From positions 2,428,128 through 2,492,127 of the forward strand of contig MU060666.1 in the NCBI GenBank assembly GCA_013265495.1: a DNA stretch of 64,000 nt, written 5' to 3'. Below the pieces are notes generated by a model. The model worked only from the letters and a program-made list of their open reading frames with translations, was not told the origin of the DNA and searched no databases. Origin of the DNA: Vicugna vicugna. Its lineage: Eukaryota. Below, in pieces: positions 16,116 through 30,402 of the stretch (within the stretch, counting starts at the first letter, position 1; every line of letters starts with the position of its first letter). The position numbers were made by a program, and so were the translations under genes.

Positions 16116-19100
16116 TCCTGGGCTCCCAACCCTCGGTGCAGGCCTGGCATGTACATCAGGAACCACCTCTATTTTTATTCCTGTTCTTAAAATCTGTGGC
16201 TCACGACCCTAATGAGTGTATTTTAAACAAAACAATCGAACTGGAGGATTCTGTCACCACGGCACGGAACGCTTATACATTTCCGAGAGGCGGTTTCCGG
16301 CCACTGACCGGCACCAGCCTGTGCTTGTGCACTCAGCTGCGTGGCCCTAAGCAGATAACTGGTCAACCAGCCACGGGACACGTGGAACAGCCCACCATGC
16401 AGCCCGAGAGAGGCAGTGACACAGGAAGGAGACCGAGACACAGAGGAAAAAAAGAAAGGAGTCAGTCTGGGCCCCTGAGCTCTGTGGGGCCTGGGGGAGG
16501 CGTCACCAGCACCGACACTCGACAGAGGGGCCACCGAGCATGCGCAGAGGGAGCTGCCCCTCAGGCCGTGGATGTCTCTCCAGGAGAGTCACCGTGCGGG
16601 ATCTCCATCTTCTGAAACATGTGACTTCTGTATAACGCACATACAGTATTTCTGTAATCTGGGGGGGTGTGGGGGCGGGTAATAGGAGAAGAAAATTCAC
16701 GGAGGCCAGGGTCTTACAGCTGCTGTAGGAACGCTTGTGCTCTCAAGATAAACTCAGGACTGCGAGATCCTGGGAAGCTGTTTGAAAGGTTAACTGGTTT
16801 GTGAAATGCATTTTGTCCCAGGGTCAGTCAGCGGCGTGGTACCAAGTGCACGCCCTCTTGGCGCTGGGCAGACCCGGGGACACCCCCACGCCCTCGGCTC
16901 TCCCTTCAGGCTCCCTCTGCTTCCTGAATCCCAGAGCCGAAATCTGGGAAGGAGGGGCTCCCTGCGTGTGGCAGGACCCCAGGGCTGGGTGCTGCCCAGA
17001 AGGTACACACACCCGGGAAACGTCACCAGGGAACCTTCGGGGCACCCGCACCCCCTGATATGTGCCTGAGAGCCGGGAAAGGCCGCCCCGTGGAGACAAG
17101 CACTGCCGGACGAGCCGTTCAACCTCCTCTCACCATTTTAAAGCCAGAAAAACACCCTGGCACAGTTTTAGGCAGAAGGAAAAATATAAAGAACATGGAG
17201 GGCGCTCCAATTTTATTTCTACCAAGTTTTTGGACGCGTGTGTGTGGGTGGGGCTGGGGGGTGGTTGTGAGGCCACAGATACAGGTACGAAAGGAAAATG
17301 GTCTCAGGTGATGCAGAAAGCGTGAGGCTCCTGGACCAGCCACGCAGGGGTCCCAGCTGTGCGTGGTTTAAGCCCCTGGGAAGCACACCCCTCCCCAGGT
17401 TACACAGGGAACATGGGAAACGCTGCGGCTGGAAACCCTGAAGCAGGATAAATCACTCTCAAGGAAGGAGCCAGAGTTTGCCAGAAACATAAAAGCGCTC
17501 TGACTAACGCCAAGGACCCCAAACTCGAAAGACACCCCACGCTGGAGCGGCGGGGCGCGAGTGCAGACTGCAGCCCTGCGGCAGCAAAGCACAACCGGCC
17601 GCAGAACCGCCTGGAGACCACGGTGAAAAGTGGGGCAGGCTGTGACGGCGGCGGCTCGATTTCTGTCTCATACGACGGTCTGCTAAGCGGTGCCAAATCT
17701 CACCAGACAAATCTCTTTCGCTTTTGGTCTCTGTGCTGGAAAAATCAAGAAAAGCCTCCCTTGAGAAACAGCTTCTAAAATCTCCCTCCGAGCAAAACCC
17801 AGCTGCTCCCTTTGGTGCCGGGCCTTGCCTCCGGCTGAATTTCTGCAGTTTTTGTAAAACTCTGACTCTAAGGAGCACTTTTTAGACTGGCCTCCTTTTT
17901 TGTAAAACCCAGGAAAATGATTAACCAATTTCTTCTTTCCTAAACACACTTCTTTGCAAGATGAAAAAAAAAAAAGCTCAACAAAACACTGCGTAAGATA
18001 GCAGAATTCTTTTCAAAGAGACTTCATTCACCTTCTGGGTGGAGCACTTCGGGGCAGGAAAAAACCCCTGTACACACCCACACGCCACACACCCAGCCCT
18101 TTGACCAGGGAAGAGGGAGGGGGGCGGGGGCGGGGAGGGAGGGGAGGGCAGCCGTTTCCAGGGAGAGGTTCCTACAGGTACAGCCACTCCCCACATCTTG
18201 GCAAGGAGGGGGGCTCAGGGCTGGAGAAAACCAGCTCCGGGGAGGAGACCGCCCTGCACCCCGAGGTCTGGGAGCCGCCGGAGGAGCTGGCCAGCGGAGC
18301 AGTGGGCCAGACACACCCAACGAGGGTGGCAGCAGCTGGGCGCCCAGTGCCAGCACCCCTGCCCTGCACCCCGCCGCCTGCATCCTCGGGGACCAGCTCC
18401 TCCTCGCAGCTCCCTCCCGAGCTGGACGCAGGGAGGGCGATCTCTCAGGGAGGGAAGGGGAGCAGAGCTGTTTGTAAACACGCCGGCTCCACCCCCACGG
18501 CAGCAGTGGAGGAAAAGGATCCGGGCCAGCAAAACCTCAAGGGCCTCTGAGGTTTCTAGGCGCACAATCGAATCCTGCAGCACTAAGACACACGAATGTC
18601 AACAGAAATCCTTCTCTGTGACACCCAATGAAAGGCCAAAAGTGCAAGAGCCAGGCTCAAAGGTACTACTTTCTCTGCAAATACGTCCTGTCGGGTGAAA
18701 TCAAGAGGCCAGCACCCCTGGGCAGCGCTCCCAGCAACCCCCTGGCCCCAAGAGAGGAGCAAGTTAAATATAGACCCGGCGCCTGCCTGAGCCCAGGACG
18801 CCACCGAGGTTGCGCCGGCGACACCTGCTTAATTCTGCTCTGTGAAAATTGCTCCTCACTCTGTCCCACCACCGCCTCCAAAAACACGAAAGCAGCTGCC
18901 GCTGCAGGGCTCTGCTCCCCGCCCTCCACCGGCTGGCGGCGGTTCCCCTTTAGAATGTTACTAAGAAATATATTTATCTTATGAGGACCTCCAGGTACAA
19001 ACCAAAACATTTCTCTTTCCTAAAAAGCATCTATGTGGCTGGATTAAAAACTGATTATTAACAACCCCATGCGAGTCTAAGGCTGACCCGCCCCGCCCAG

Positions 19101-19191
19101 CATGGGACCCCCCTCACCCCCAGCTCGGGAAACACCCGCTTCAAGGTGCTGCTGGGTAGAGGTGGTGGGGCGTAGAGGCTTGCCATCAGCT

Positions 19192-19763
19192 TCGCTGAGA
19201 CAGAATTCACACATGGTACAACTCACCTCTTTAGAGTGTACGATTAGGCGGCTTTCAGTGTGTTCAGAGCTGTGTAACCGTCCCCCAATTACAGAATATC
19301 TCCATCACCCCAGAAAGACCCCGTGACAGTTGGCAGTCACTCCCTCGAGCCCCCAGCCCCTGACAACTACTCATCCACCTTCTTTCTCTACAGACCTGAC
19401 TATTCTGGACACCTCGCAGCCGTGGAACCACACGACATGCGGTCCTCGGGGACTGGTGTCTCTCACTCCGCATCGTGGCTTCAGGCGTCAGCCGCGCTGG
19501 ACCAGGCGTGGGCACGGCATTCCTTTCTCTGCCTGGGTGACACCCTGTCCTGGGCTAGCCCACATTTCTGTCCCCGCTCAGTGCTGCTGGACATGGGAGC
19601 TGTTTCCACTTTGCGGGCTACTCTGAGTAACACTGCCACCCCTCAACCCAGGACGAGTTTTCCTGGAGACCTCACCTCCCAGGGAGTGGCCGGGCCGTGC
19701 GCTAACCCTTTACCACTCTGAGGAACTGCCAGACTGTTTCCCAAAGCGGCCGCATCCTTCTAC
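19192..19763 (-). mobile_element. L1MB-class LINE-1 3' end, strongly GC-shifted
   Basis: Collinear with the reverse L1MB 3' UTR consensus: gagacagaattcacac...aactcacctctttagagtgtacga...ctccatcaccccagaaag...tattctggacac...gaggaactgccagactgtttcccaaagcggc. Confidence 0.8.
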
Positions 19764-21245
19764 TTAACACACGGTATTTAATCTGTGCAGAAATCACATG
19801 CATACACGTACACGTAGGAGCACTTGGGCAGCACACCACCACGGTGCCCTCACACGGGGCACTCGTGTTCTAGGTGACTAAACACCACAGTGCGTGCACG
19901 TGTGGCTGAGTGCAGGCCCTGGCGCACCGTGGGTCCTGAGTCAGTCACTGCTGCTCCTCGTTGTCACAGACAACCAGGACATCAGACAGCTGGCGCTACC
20001 CCCGGGGAGAGCCAGGCTCGAGGAGGCTGCAGAGACCTGCCCCCCGAGGCTCCCCAGAACCAGAACTCAGGACCCAGACTTGAGTTTCAGGCCATCCCTG
20101 AACTTTGTCTCCCTGGCCCTGGGGCAGACGACTCCCAACCTGTCACTTACACGTCAGGGTCCGAGACAAAGGGCGGAAAGGAAACTGACAGTGATGCCAA
20201 GACCAAGTGACACCTGCTTCTAAATGTAATCAGGACCACGAGCCTGGTGGGTGAGCAGAGCAGGGAGGCTCAGGGGACAAAGTCCCTGCCGGAGAAGCGC
20301 TTCTCAGTGTGTGGTTCCTAGAGGCACCCCAGGCCCCTGAGACCCTCGGGGGGGTACATGAGGTCAGAACCCTCTTCATAATGGCATGGAGACCCGGCAT
20401 GCCTTTCCCACCCGGCTGACCTATGACAACGCCCAGTCGTGGTGGCGAGGTGGGGCTGTGGCGGGGACCCAGCCCCAGCCCCAGCACCAATTGTGCGGGT
20501 GCCCTGGCGTCTTTGGGGCCACACACATGCAGTAAAGGTGGGGGGAAAAGCCAGTTTCATTTTTAAAAATGTCCTTAATGAAGCAGTAAACTATCTGCAA
20601 GTTTACTAAATCTTGATCCTCAGATACACACTGTCGACATGCTTCACGACAGGCGGGGAACACACAGGACCCCTGCCGGGGGCCGAGGGCAGACAGCCCA
20701 CCCGGCCACCGCCCCACGGACTCCACTAACACGCCACACCCCGAAACCCCCCGAGGGCCCCCCCCACGTGACACACCAAGGATGAGAAACTATGAGGACC
20801 TTCCTCTCTTTAAAACCTAGATAAACGTCTAAAACTCCACCAGGCTGATTCTACAAATACAGCTTAGAGAACAAAACCCATCGAATCCTGGTCTGCAGAT
20901 GCTAACTTTTAAATATCTTCATTGTCTTTAGAAAATGATACTTGTGCTTGCTTGAAAAGACCCTAATCTACAAAATTTCAAGCTGGAAATGTGGCTAATT
21001 AGACCCCACACATTCTGTAAGAGGATTCCCAGGGGCTCTAGTTAAGCAGTCAGGTCCCTGATGCACTGAAAATAGTTTCAAAATTTCCCTCCACGTGAAG
21101 TTTTCCAGAAGCGCACTTCAGGCTGAATGAGATACAGAGCACCTGTACCTTTTTCCTGTTTCTCACACAAACTTGCAGAGCCCAGGGGCCCTGATTCCGC
21201 AGACGAAACCGTGTGGCCCGGGGACAGGCTGGCCCGGGCCCCTCA

Positions 21246-21455
<210 letters not shown>

Positions 21456-24400
21456 TCAGGCCAGGCGGGGGAGGCTGGTGTCCGTCAGAGGGGCGGCCCA
21501 GTCCATCTGAGCGACCGCAACCGCATCACGGGGCCCTCACGCCTGCTCTGCGGTGCCCACGTGCCCAGTGGCACCTCTCCCGCTTCCGTGAGGACGTGAC
21601 TGACACGGGCACCTCGTGTGTGAACAGCAGAGACCCACGTCCCCAGATGGACCCCCGTGCCGTCATCTCCGACACAGGCTCCCAACGCGCAGCGCTCCTC
21701 CCGGCCGCTAGGATGGCGGCTCTCGCACCACGTTCCTGCGCCTCGCGGACGCTGGCTGGGAAGCCGGAACGCCGCGGTCACATTTAGGCAGCAATTTTAA
21801 AGGCAGGCGACGCCCTTGCCACACAGAAGCCATAGAGCAAACGATGACAAGGCAGTGGCCCGACCCAGACACATGCTGGCAGGGGTCTCAGAGCGCAGGC
21901 CGTCACGAACCTGGAGTCAGCGGGCTGGCTTCCCAGCTCGTTCCCGCCTCGAGAATCACGAGCCTCGTTTCCTCACTGGCAGGTGTCTGCCCACCGCAAA
22001 GCCATTGCGGGCCGTGGCCTCACGCACCCACCACTCCCTGTGTGCACAGGAACCCAGGGCTCGTCTCCCTCCGAGAAACTTCCACCTGTAACGTTTGCAT
22101 GCCTTCTAATCTCCAAACTGACATGTCACCTACGAGCTGCCACCGTGGTTAGCAGACACTCGGTCCAGGCCCAAGCTTCCTGGTACTCGGTCCTGCCCAA
22201 AGCAGTCCAGGGTCTTAGAAGCCGATCTACCTCCAGACTCCCAGGGACCCAGCTAACACCCCTTCATCTGAACTCTCTTTTTCTCCTAGGAAAATAGCGT
22301 TTAAGAAATGGGATTTAAGAACAGGTCAGAACAGGCTCTGGGACCGGGGCCCCCAGCTCATCGACGGGTGTGCCCGGCAGCCTCCTGCTGGGGAGACCCA
22401 CCTTCACGAGATGACTCAGCACCGACTGCCTGCATCTCACAGAGCAAATCAGGAACTCCAACTGGCTTGACTGGCCAGTGTGGATTCTTCCAGAGATACC
22501 AGAGCAGAGGGGCTGGATGCGGCCATGAGGGCGGAGCCCTGCAGCCACTGGTGAGGCACCCAGATGCCGGGGGCCCACAGCAACTAGGTTTATATTTCCA
22601 ATCTAAAATAAAAAGAAAGGGCTCTGGATACTGTTTCAGCGGAGGCTGTTTCCTTGTTTCATGCTGTTTTGAGTCTGGGAAATGCAGCCTCCACACCAGC
22701 ACCCTAGGGCTGAGGGTGGGGGTCTGTAAAGGCAGCATCACTCCTGCAGTCCTGCTCGGAGGGCCACCCTAGGCTGTTTGAAAGCAGCCTGTGTTTTCTT
22801 GCTGGAGGCCGCAGTGGAAGAAACGCCCTTTCCACTTTCTTCAGTTTCCCCACAACCCAGTGGAAATCTCCTCCATCGGTGCCTTGGCTAGGAAGTTACC
22901 TTCACATGCTTTCCCGAGATGCTCTCCGAGGCCGACGGGCTCTCCAGACCTGGAGGCCGGTCAGCTTTTGTAAGTCACAGTCAACACGCATCCCCACCCG
23001 CCCGGGACGGGCCAGGGTCTCTGAGCCTGAGGTCTGGCCCAGGGCTTCACACAGGTGAGCTGAGCGAGGCCAAGGTGAGCGCCACCTGAGGATGGCGGGA
23101 CTGGATGAACAGCGGGGCGTCTGCGCGCGCCCACGCACACACACAAGCTCTGCCGCACGATGCCAGGGGCTCGCGGAGTCCGTGGAAGCCCGTGCTAACC
23201 GGAGGTCTTACTACGACCTGGAGATCACGCTACAGCTACAAACATCAAGGCCAACTAGAAGCAGGATGTGGCTTCTGCTCTGTGACGGAGGTCACAAGAC
23301 AAGAGGGGAACTTAGAGAACGGGTTTAGGGTGAAGACGAGGAGGGCTCTGCTTGGGGGTCAGAGCCTGTCGGCCCTGGGGGGTGGGGGCCCTGGGGAGCA
23401 CCTGTCTCAGCGCCCCCGCACCCCAGCCTGATGTCAGCCTTCATGGCCGGAGACTTGCCCACGAGGGGGGCCAGGGATTCTAGGTGAAGGAAGTCGGGTG
23501 CTTCGGGGCCCCAAGCCCCCTGCAGGCCTAACAGGAGGGGTCCTCTGGGTAGGAGAGATCCACTTTAAAGTGCTTTCCAGCGCAAATCCAAGGTGCTCAA
23601 CAGTCCGGGCACACAGACTCGGGTTTCAGTGAAACAAAACTGCCAGCTGGGGATCCTGGCAGGTCGGCGGCAGCAGCATCGACCGCCCTCAGTACCAGTG
23701 CCAGCAGGGTGGCCTCCTCCCGGAACAGCGACCTCCCAGCCAAGGCTTCACAGTCCACACCTTCACTTTCAGCTATCACAGCTATTTCAAGAGCATCTCC
23801 TGACTCACTCTTCCAAAAATTACCCCGAGGCAGTGGCCCTCCTGCCCAGGAGGCGGAGGAGAGAGCACCTGGAAGCTACTTAATTTTAAACAAATTCCTC
23901 CCCAGGTGCCTGCGGAGCCTGTCGATGATGTCCCTCCCCGCGTTATTTCTGTTCCGGTTTGAGGCCCCAAGCTGGAGTTTCTGTGCGGGTGCTTCGCCTT
24001 AAAGTTGCTCTCCTGAAGGTGCTGTGTGTTCAGTCTGAACCCAGGCACACACGCGCCCGCGCTGCCCGCGGTCCCTGCTGAAAGGAGGGTGGGCGCTGGG
24101 AACCACGGCCCGCAGCACCCACCCTGCGGGCGGGGTCAGGGGTGAGGGCACAGCCAGTAGACCCCGGGGCTGGGGCGACAGCGGAGGGCGTGGCGGTTCC
24201 CTGGGAGGGGGACCGTGGCCGCTGCACAACTCTGCGGACCTACTAACCACCACTGACTTGAACAACCCAAATGGTTGATTCTCCGTCAAACTGTCTGTTG
24301 AAACGCTCTTGCCCTAAAGATACCCTGTGCTCGGCCGGGCTGCCGTCTGGGGCTTGGCCAGGGCGCCCAGAAGCTGGGACTCCTGGAAGTTGGGCCAAAC

Positions 24401-26194
24401 CAGTACCACCCTGGTTACCTGCAAGGTCACCCTGTTCAGTATCAGGTCACAGATCCCGGCACGAAGGCTGGTCTGGCCTCGCTAACGAGCCTCAGGGACT
24501 CAGGCTGCACCCACCTGCACTCCGGCCCGCCCTCAGCGGGAATCCCACCGCCCGCCCCACCCCCGGGGACGTGGTCAGAGGGTAAAAGTCATTTCTCTTC
24601 CATCATTTACTCCTCACTGACGTAAACATACCTACAGTACACTTCATTTTAGGTACAAGAAATGATCAGAGAAAGAAAAAAGTGCACGTGAAAGCTTCCA
24701 GGAAAGACTAAAAAAAAAATGAATGCAGCAGACCATCCTCTGCAGAGCCACCACCGCCCCAGCCCCACACCGCCCCCTCCGGCCCCGCACCTGAGGGCTC
24801 ACAGGGAACAACACTCCCCGGGGAAGTGATGGTGGCAGTTCTGCACACCCACCACGACACCCCCAGCCTTCCCAGCGCGCCCTGGCCCAGAAGGATGGCC
24901 CCCGTGAAGCCCACTGGGCTAGGGCCCGCCACCGACCACCTAGGCACACGTGGCGGCCGACGAGCCAGGGTGCCTTACTCTTAACAGTGGACAGACGGCC
25001 AGAAAGAAGAGACTTTGGGAGTGTCTCCAACAGAAAGACAGGGACCAAATGCCGGGGAGGACTCTGAGGAAGACAGTCCAGGAGCAGGACAGGATGTGGA
25101 CCACCTGTATGTCCCGGGGTGAGAGAGGGCACCGTCCCTACCACCCACAGACGAAGGCACCTCCAGGGAAAAACAAGGCACCTGGACAATTAAGCGTGAC
25201 ACAAAAGAAAACTTCCAGAGGAACGCTGGGTAACAGGTTTGAAAACATCTCCTGTAAAAGATGGAGAAAACACAAGAAAACTGGAGCTCAGCCAGTTGAA
25301 CAGCTGAACGAGAGTGACTCTGCAAGGATGCCCCTTCTCTGGCAGCTGCAGGAGGAGGCTGGGGTCCTGAAACCTGGCCCAGGGCCCCTACGCGGCCACC
25401 CTGCCTCCTGACCATCACAGAACTGGTGCCGGCGGGGGCTGCCGGTGCCGTCACACAACCTGAACACAGGGCGCTGCCACACGGTCAGGAGCCGAGGACA
25501 CAGATGCTGCAGGGTGAAGTCTGGCCACCTTCCCTGCCGGGGCAATCAGTCCCCCGCACTCCCTGAGCGCGGACCCCGCGTGCCCAGGACCTGCTGCCAC
25601 GTGCTGCATGCTGGACCAGGGGCACCAGACCGGCATGGGACAGGGAATAGATTCCACCAGCCTGCAGCCTCGGGAGGCCTCAGAGGAGCCATGACGGCAG
25701 AAAAGACAAGACCAGGGTTTTCAAGAGTGAAACCCGTCCCTGGGGGCCTGGCTGTGCATCTCACCCAGGGACATGACGGAGCCAGTGCGCCAGGAGACTC
25801 TGCTGCCCAGTGTGACCATCCCATCCCCACCTGCCTGGCCCGGGCGGGTGGACAGAGATTCTCCCATCAGCAGACACAGGGGCTGCCAGGCGGGTCACCA
25901 TGGAACCTGCCCCTTTGGGGGTGCCAGTGACAGTGCTGTCTGCTCCTCTCTCCTCCAAACAGGCACGGTCATCTTCCTTGGCTCCTGCTCCACACAGCAT
26001 TTTATGGGGAGACCACCTGGAGCACCCGGTGCAGGGACTTGCTTGTAACAGAGATCCTGGATTCGGGAAGCGGTCACTGGGTGGGATGTGGGCTGCCTCC
26101 TTTGACGACAGGGATGAGTGGTTTTTATGTCTGAAGAAGGGTCATAGATATGTGGGCGGCCAAAAGAGGGGCTTGCTCCTGGACATGCACCCGC

Positions 26195-26525
26195 TCCTGC
26201 TTCAACAGTGAACTAGCTTCAGCTGGACACATGGCTGCCCAACAAAGACGACGCTTCTCTTTCAACCATCAGACTGTGCTGGTCAATGGGACGTGAATGG
26301 TAGTGCTCTTAAGAGGAAGAGAGTGTCTTCCTCCCTTCTTTCCTTCCCAATGGCCAGAATGTGGGTGTGATGGCAGGAGCTGGAGCAGCCACGGTGGGCC
26401 TTAAAACGGACAATGGGTAACAGAGCAACAGAGCAGAAAGATACCACACTGGGACGCAAAAGAAATCCACCTCACCCTTGCTATTCTGACCTTTGTTACA
26501 AAAACCAAGACTACATCCTAATTCT
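26195..26525 (+). mobile_element. Ancient ERVL-class solo LTR (LTR33/LTR16-like)
   Basis: cagctggacacatggctgccc...gatggcaggagctggagcagccac...cagagcagaaagata...ttgttacaaaaaccaagactacatcctaa follows the recalled LTR33/16 pattern; exact family uncertain. Confidence 0.5.
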
Positions 26526-26869
26526 AAGCAGCTGAAGAGCTCCCTGCGAGGAAGGGCTGAATGAACCAGGGTACACATTCATGGAGGAACATTATGTGGC
26601 CATTCAAGGGGACACCTTCCGATACTGTGTATCTTTGGGCAAATCTTGGCTCCAATCTCTCAGTGCATCAGCTCTGCTGTCCTCCTCAGGGACAGCGGGT
26701 ATTTACGGTGTGCACTTCACAAGGCTCTTGTATGAAATGAAAAATTCCAAGCATAGTAATTAGAAGCATGCACAGTCTCTGACACATGGTGAGTACTCAC
26801 TGAAACTGGCCCATGAAGGAACATTAAAAAGTGCTGATGACACCCTAATAAATAAAAACAGCAGAGACC

Positions 26870-26985
26870 AAACGGTCGTGTTGCGGCTAAAGGTGTGGGA
26901 TTTGAAATTAGACAGACCAGGCTTGAGAACAGGCCGTTGGGACAGTGTGAGGAGACCTAGGGAGAGTGGCTGAACCTTACTGGTA
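26870..26985 (+). mobile_element. MIR 5' fragment
   Basis: gctaaaggtgtgggatttgaaattagacagaccaggcttgag resembles MIR gttaagagcatgggctttggagtcagacagacctgggttcga. Confidence 0.5.
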
Positions 26986-29900
26986 AACCCGAGCTGGGCA
27001 GGCAGAAGCCCTGATGAGGGACCCAGACTCGGAGCGAGGCGGGCACCTGTCACACAGGGACGGGAGGGAGGGGTGAAAACAGCCCCCGGGTGAGGGCAGG
27101 ATTACCCACTCAAGGCCTCGCTTCTTTCAAAATGCTCTTTAAATGTTGTAACTGTATCCTTTTAGAAATGAAAAACTCAAGAATAGGAAAAAAACAAAAA
27201 AAGCTGCCACACACTCGATGACTAGTATTTTCAAATTTTGCAAGGTGTGACGAGGTGTCTTTCAGAAACCTCGTAAAGCAGTAAACCTGGCCCAGTTCAG
27301 CCCTGCGGTCTGGCTCGGGCTGGGGGTGGGGTTGAGAGAAAGCCCATCGGGGCCCAAGACAGCCTAAGGGGTGGGAAGATGGCCAGGCTTCTAGATTCTG
27401 GAAGAAACCCTGGGGGCCCGCTGGGCGTGACTCAACAGCCCACCGCGAGGCCCTCCACACCCCCCCTTCCCACCCCCTCCAGCGTGTTCTAGGCACAAGC
27501 CATCACCATCGCGACTCTCCCTGGGGTGGGCCCAGGACCACAAGCAAGTCCCATTTACATAAAGTCTGAGATCAGAACGCGGCAGGCACCAGCAGCCCTG
27601 TACTGTGCGAACTCCGAAGGAAAAGGAGACAGTTCAGGAAACGGTTGTGAAAAAAACTTCATGTTTAAAATCCCCAAATCAAAAGATTCTGACCATTATA
27701 AGCTTTTTCTAACCTAAATGCCTATTTTTATTTAAAATGTACTATCTTTTGCTAGAACATCTTAAACACAGGGGCAGAGGAGGCGGGAGCCTGCGGGGAC
27801 CTTCTCAGCCGTGCTGTGTGGGACATGGGGCGGGCAGCAGGTGACAGGCGGACCGGACAGGTAGCACCGAGGTGCCATCAAAGCACAGTTTAAACTGGAA
27901 AGAGCAGAAGGAAGCCAGCAGCCAGGGCTGCGGATGACCACCATCCCGATCCGCACCAGCTCCATCCGCAGACAGACGGCGGGCCCCTGACACGCCAACA
28001 GAGCTCAAAGTCATCCGATTCCAAGCAAACTAGCGAGTGCTGGTGTGTGTGCCAGGCAGAGGACTCACTGGAAACCCACCTTCTCCACCAGGCCCTTGTC
28101 CCGCCTCCGAGAGCCACACTGCCCGTGGCCCGGACCTCGGACACAGAGCATCCCAGCAGAGCGGCAGGCGGCGCCGTCTCAGGCACCGTGGGGACCCCGG
28201 GCCATCTCCCCAGGGACGTTCTCACCCCTTTGTGGGACGCATTAGATTTAAAACAAACAAACAAAAGACCATGTGAGTTGAGCTCCCAAGCTTTCCAGTT
28301 TGGAAAATCAAATGGGGCAGAACATCCAATAAATCTGCCAAAGCAAATACCTTCCAGGTTTGCCTGAAAGACACCAAAGGTCATCCAGTGGGGTGAACGG
28401 AGGGGCTGCAGACGTCAGAATCACCACTTCACATGCCCTGGCTTCCTCAAGTTCAATGCCAACTGGACAGGCCCTGCAGAGGGATGTCCCGCGTAGGAGG
28501 CCGGGTTCTCTGCGAACAGAGTCTCAGAAACAGCGCCGCAGCCCTCCAGGCCTGACACTGGGAGCAGAGCTCACGGGCAACTCAAGTTCTTGGGCCCTCG
28601 TCCCCTGTGCTGATGCGAAGAGACCACTTCCAAAAGTCCAGGTGGCTTCACCTACAGGGCAGTCCTCAGGGCGCCGGACCGACACCAAGCACAGGTCCGG
28701 TCTCGTCCCGGCAGACTCACCTTCCTCCACTGTCCTGAAGGCCACCCTCTCTGCCTCGAGCGCCCTACTCACCCCCGCGCCGAGCTTCCCAGCCCATGGG
28801 CTCCATGGGGGGCTCCGGGAGGGAAGTATCACCTCTGCTCCCGTCTGTCCCCTCCACACGGTCTGGGCCCACACTGGGCACACGCGTGTTGGTGCATGTG
28901 AGCGGGAGTCCCCTGCGGTGCGCGTCCCTCTGTGACCTGGAGTCTATCGGGAGGGAGGGGCCCAGGCGCGAGGCAGGGGATCAGTTCCAAATGGTGCAGC
29001 GCACGGAGGGTGAAGGCTGAAACCCAGCGTCCAAAGCACAGAGAAGCCATCAGATCTCTCTGGTCCTGGGTCAGCCCTGCAAGACGTGGACAGTAGAACT
29101 ACTCGGCCAAAGGATCAGGGAACATCTGGCGAGCACTCCACCTCCACGCCGAGGACGAACTCACTGCTCAAATCCATGTCCTGAGCCAGCGCGGCTGCCG
29201 CCCCGTGGGCTGGAGACACCCCACGGGCGGAGCCCCGGCACTGCTCCAGTGTCCTACCAGCCAGGCCACCACGAAGTCAAGGGTCACTGAAAATGGGGGG
29301 TGGGGGCTGCAGCGTCTGCGTACCTGCCTGATCTAACACTGATTCGATCCACAGTCAGATGCCAGGACTGTCTCCACGTTATACCCAGTGTCCTCCTGCT
29401 GAGGACAGGGTGTCTAAACATGACGACGGCTGCGGGAGGCCCCGGGAAGAGGCAGGGGGGCTAAACGAAATCAGTACAAAGTAAGTAATAGCAACATTTA
29501 CACCTAAACGTTCTACCCAGAAAGCACCAGTAACACACTTCCTTGGGTCAGGGGACCACCCCCCGGGCACCGCCCCCCCAGCCTCCTGAGAGGGAGTGCT
29601 GATGTCACAGCAGGAGTTCTGGGCCCATCACAAAGGACTGTCAGCGGCTGGGAATTCCACTTCTGGACAACCTGCAAAACCAAGAGTCTGCCGCCTAAAC
29701 TTCAATCGCTGTGAAATTCAACGATAACGTGATAAAATGCAATGACAGTAATTTAAAAGTAGCATCGGCTGTTACTACAAGTTCCAGGTAACCCTGCACT
29801 GAGCAGGCTAAGGATATCAACTCCCCCAGTCGGCTCACCTCTTGGCACCTGAGCCATGGCTGGATGCGTGCACGGGAGGCTGCGACAGGGAGAGCCCTGT

Positions 29901-30272
29901 GCTATCACAGTGCCCGTGAGCCAGAGGGGCAGACACACAAGGCAGGACGGGGCAGCCGCTGCACCTGGGGGGCAGGAGAAACTGGCTCTGCATCTTTCTT
30001 TTCTGGGTCCTGGCAACTCCAAAAGGCCCAGGCTCAATTCTGCCCGACTTGGCCGAGGAAACGCTCTCAGAAGCTGAAGGCAGAGCCTGGGAGCTGCTAC
30101 CAGAAAGGCAGTCTTCGTCTCGGCCACCGTCACCTCCACCCAAAGGGAAGGTCTGGAGCGGGAGACCTGTCCTTCCTGGACGGAAGCACAAGGATGCGGG
30201 GACAGGACCGGCCCCAGCAAACCCAGGCTCCCGTCCCCTGGGCGCTACCATCCAAGCCAAGACCTTCCTTTG

Positions 30273-30402
30273 TTTTAACTTTTTTTTGTGGGAGAGGTAA
30301 TTAGGTTTATTTATTTTATTTTCTGTAATGGAGGTACTGGGGATTGAACCTCGGACCTCGTGCGTGCTAAGCACACGCTCTACTGCTGAGTGACGCCCTC
30401 CA
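30273..30402 (-). mobile_element. Camelid Vic-1-type tRNA-derived SINE with 16-bp target-site duplication
   Basis: Minus strand GGAGGGCGTCACTCAGCAGTAGAGCGTGTGCTTAGCACGCACGAGGTCCGAGGTTCAATCCCCAGTACCTCC plus AT-rich tail. TSD ccaagaccttcctttg (30257-30272) / ccaagaccctcctttg (30403-30418). Confidence 0.9.

Noticed and set aside
29320-29520. Possible DNA-transposon (MER-type) fragment
   Set aside because: Similarity was too vague to assign a family without a Dfam search.
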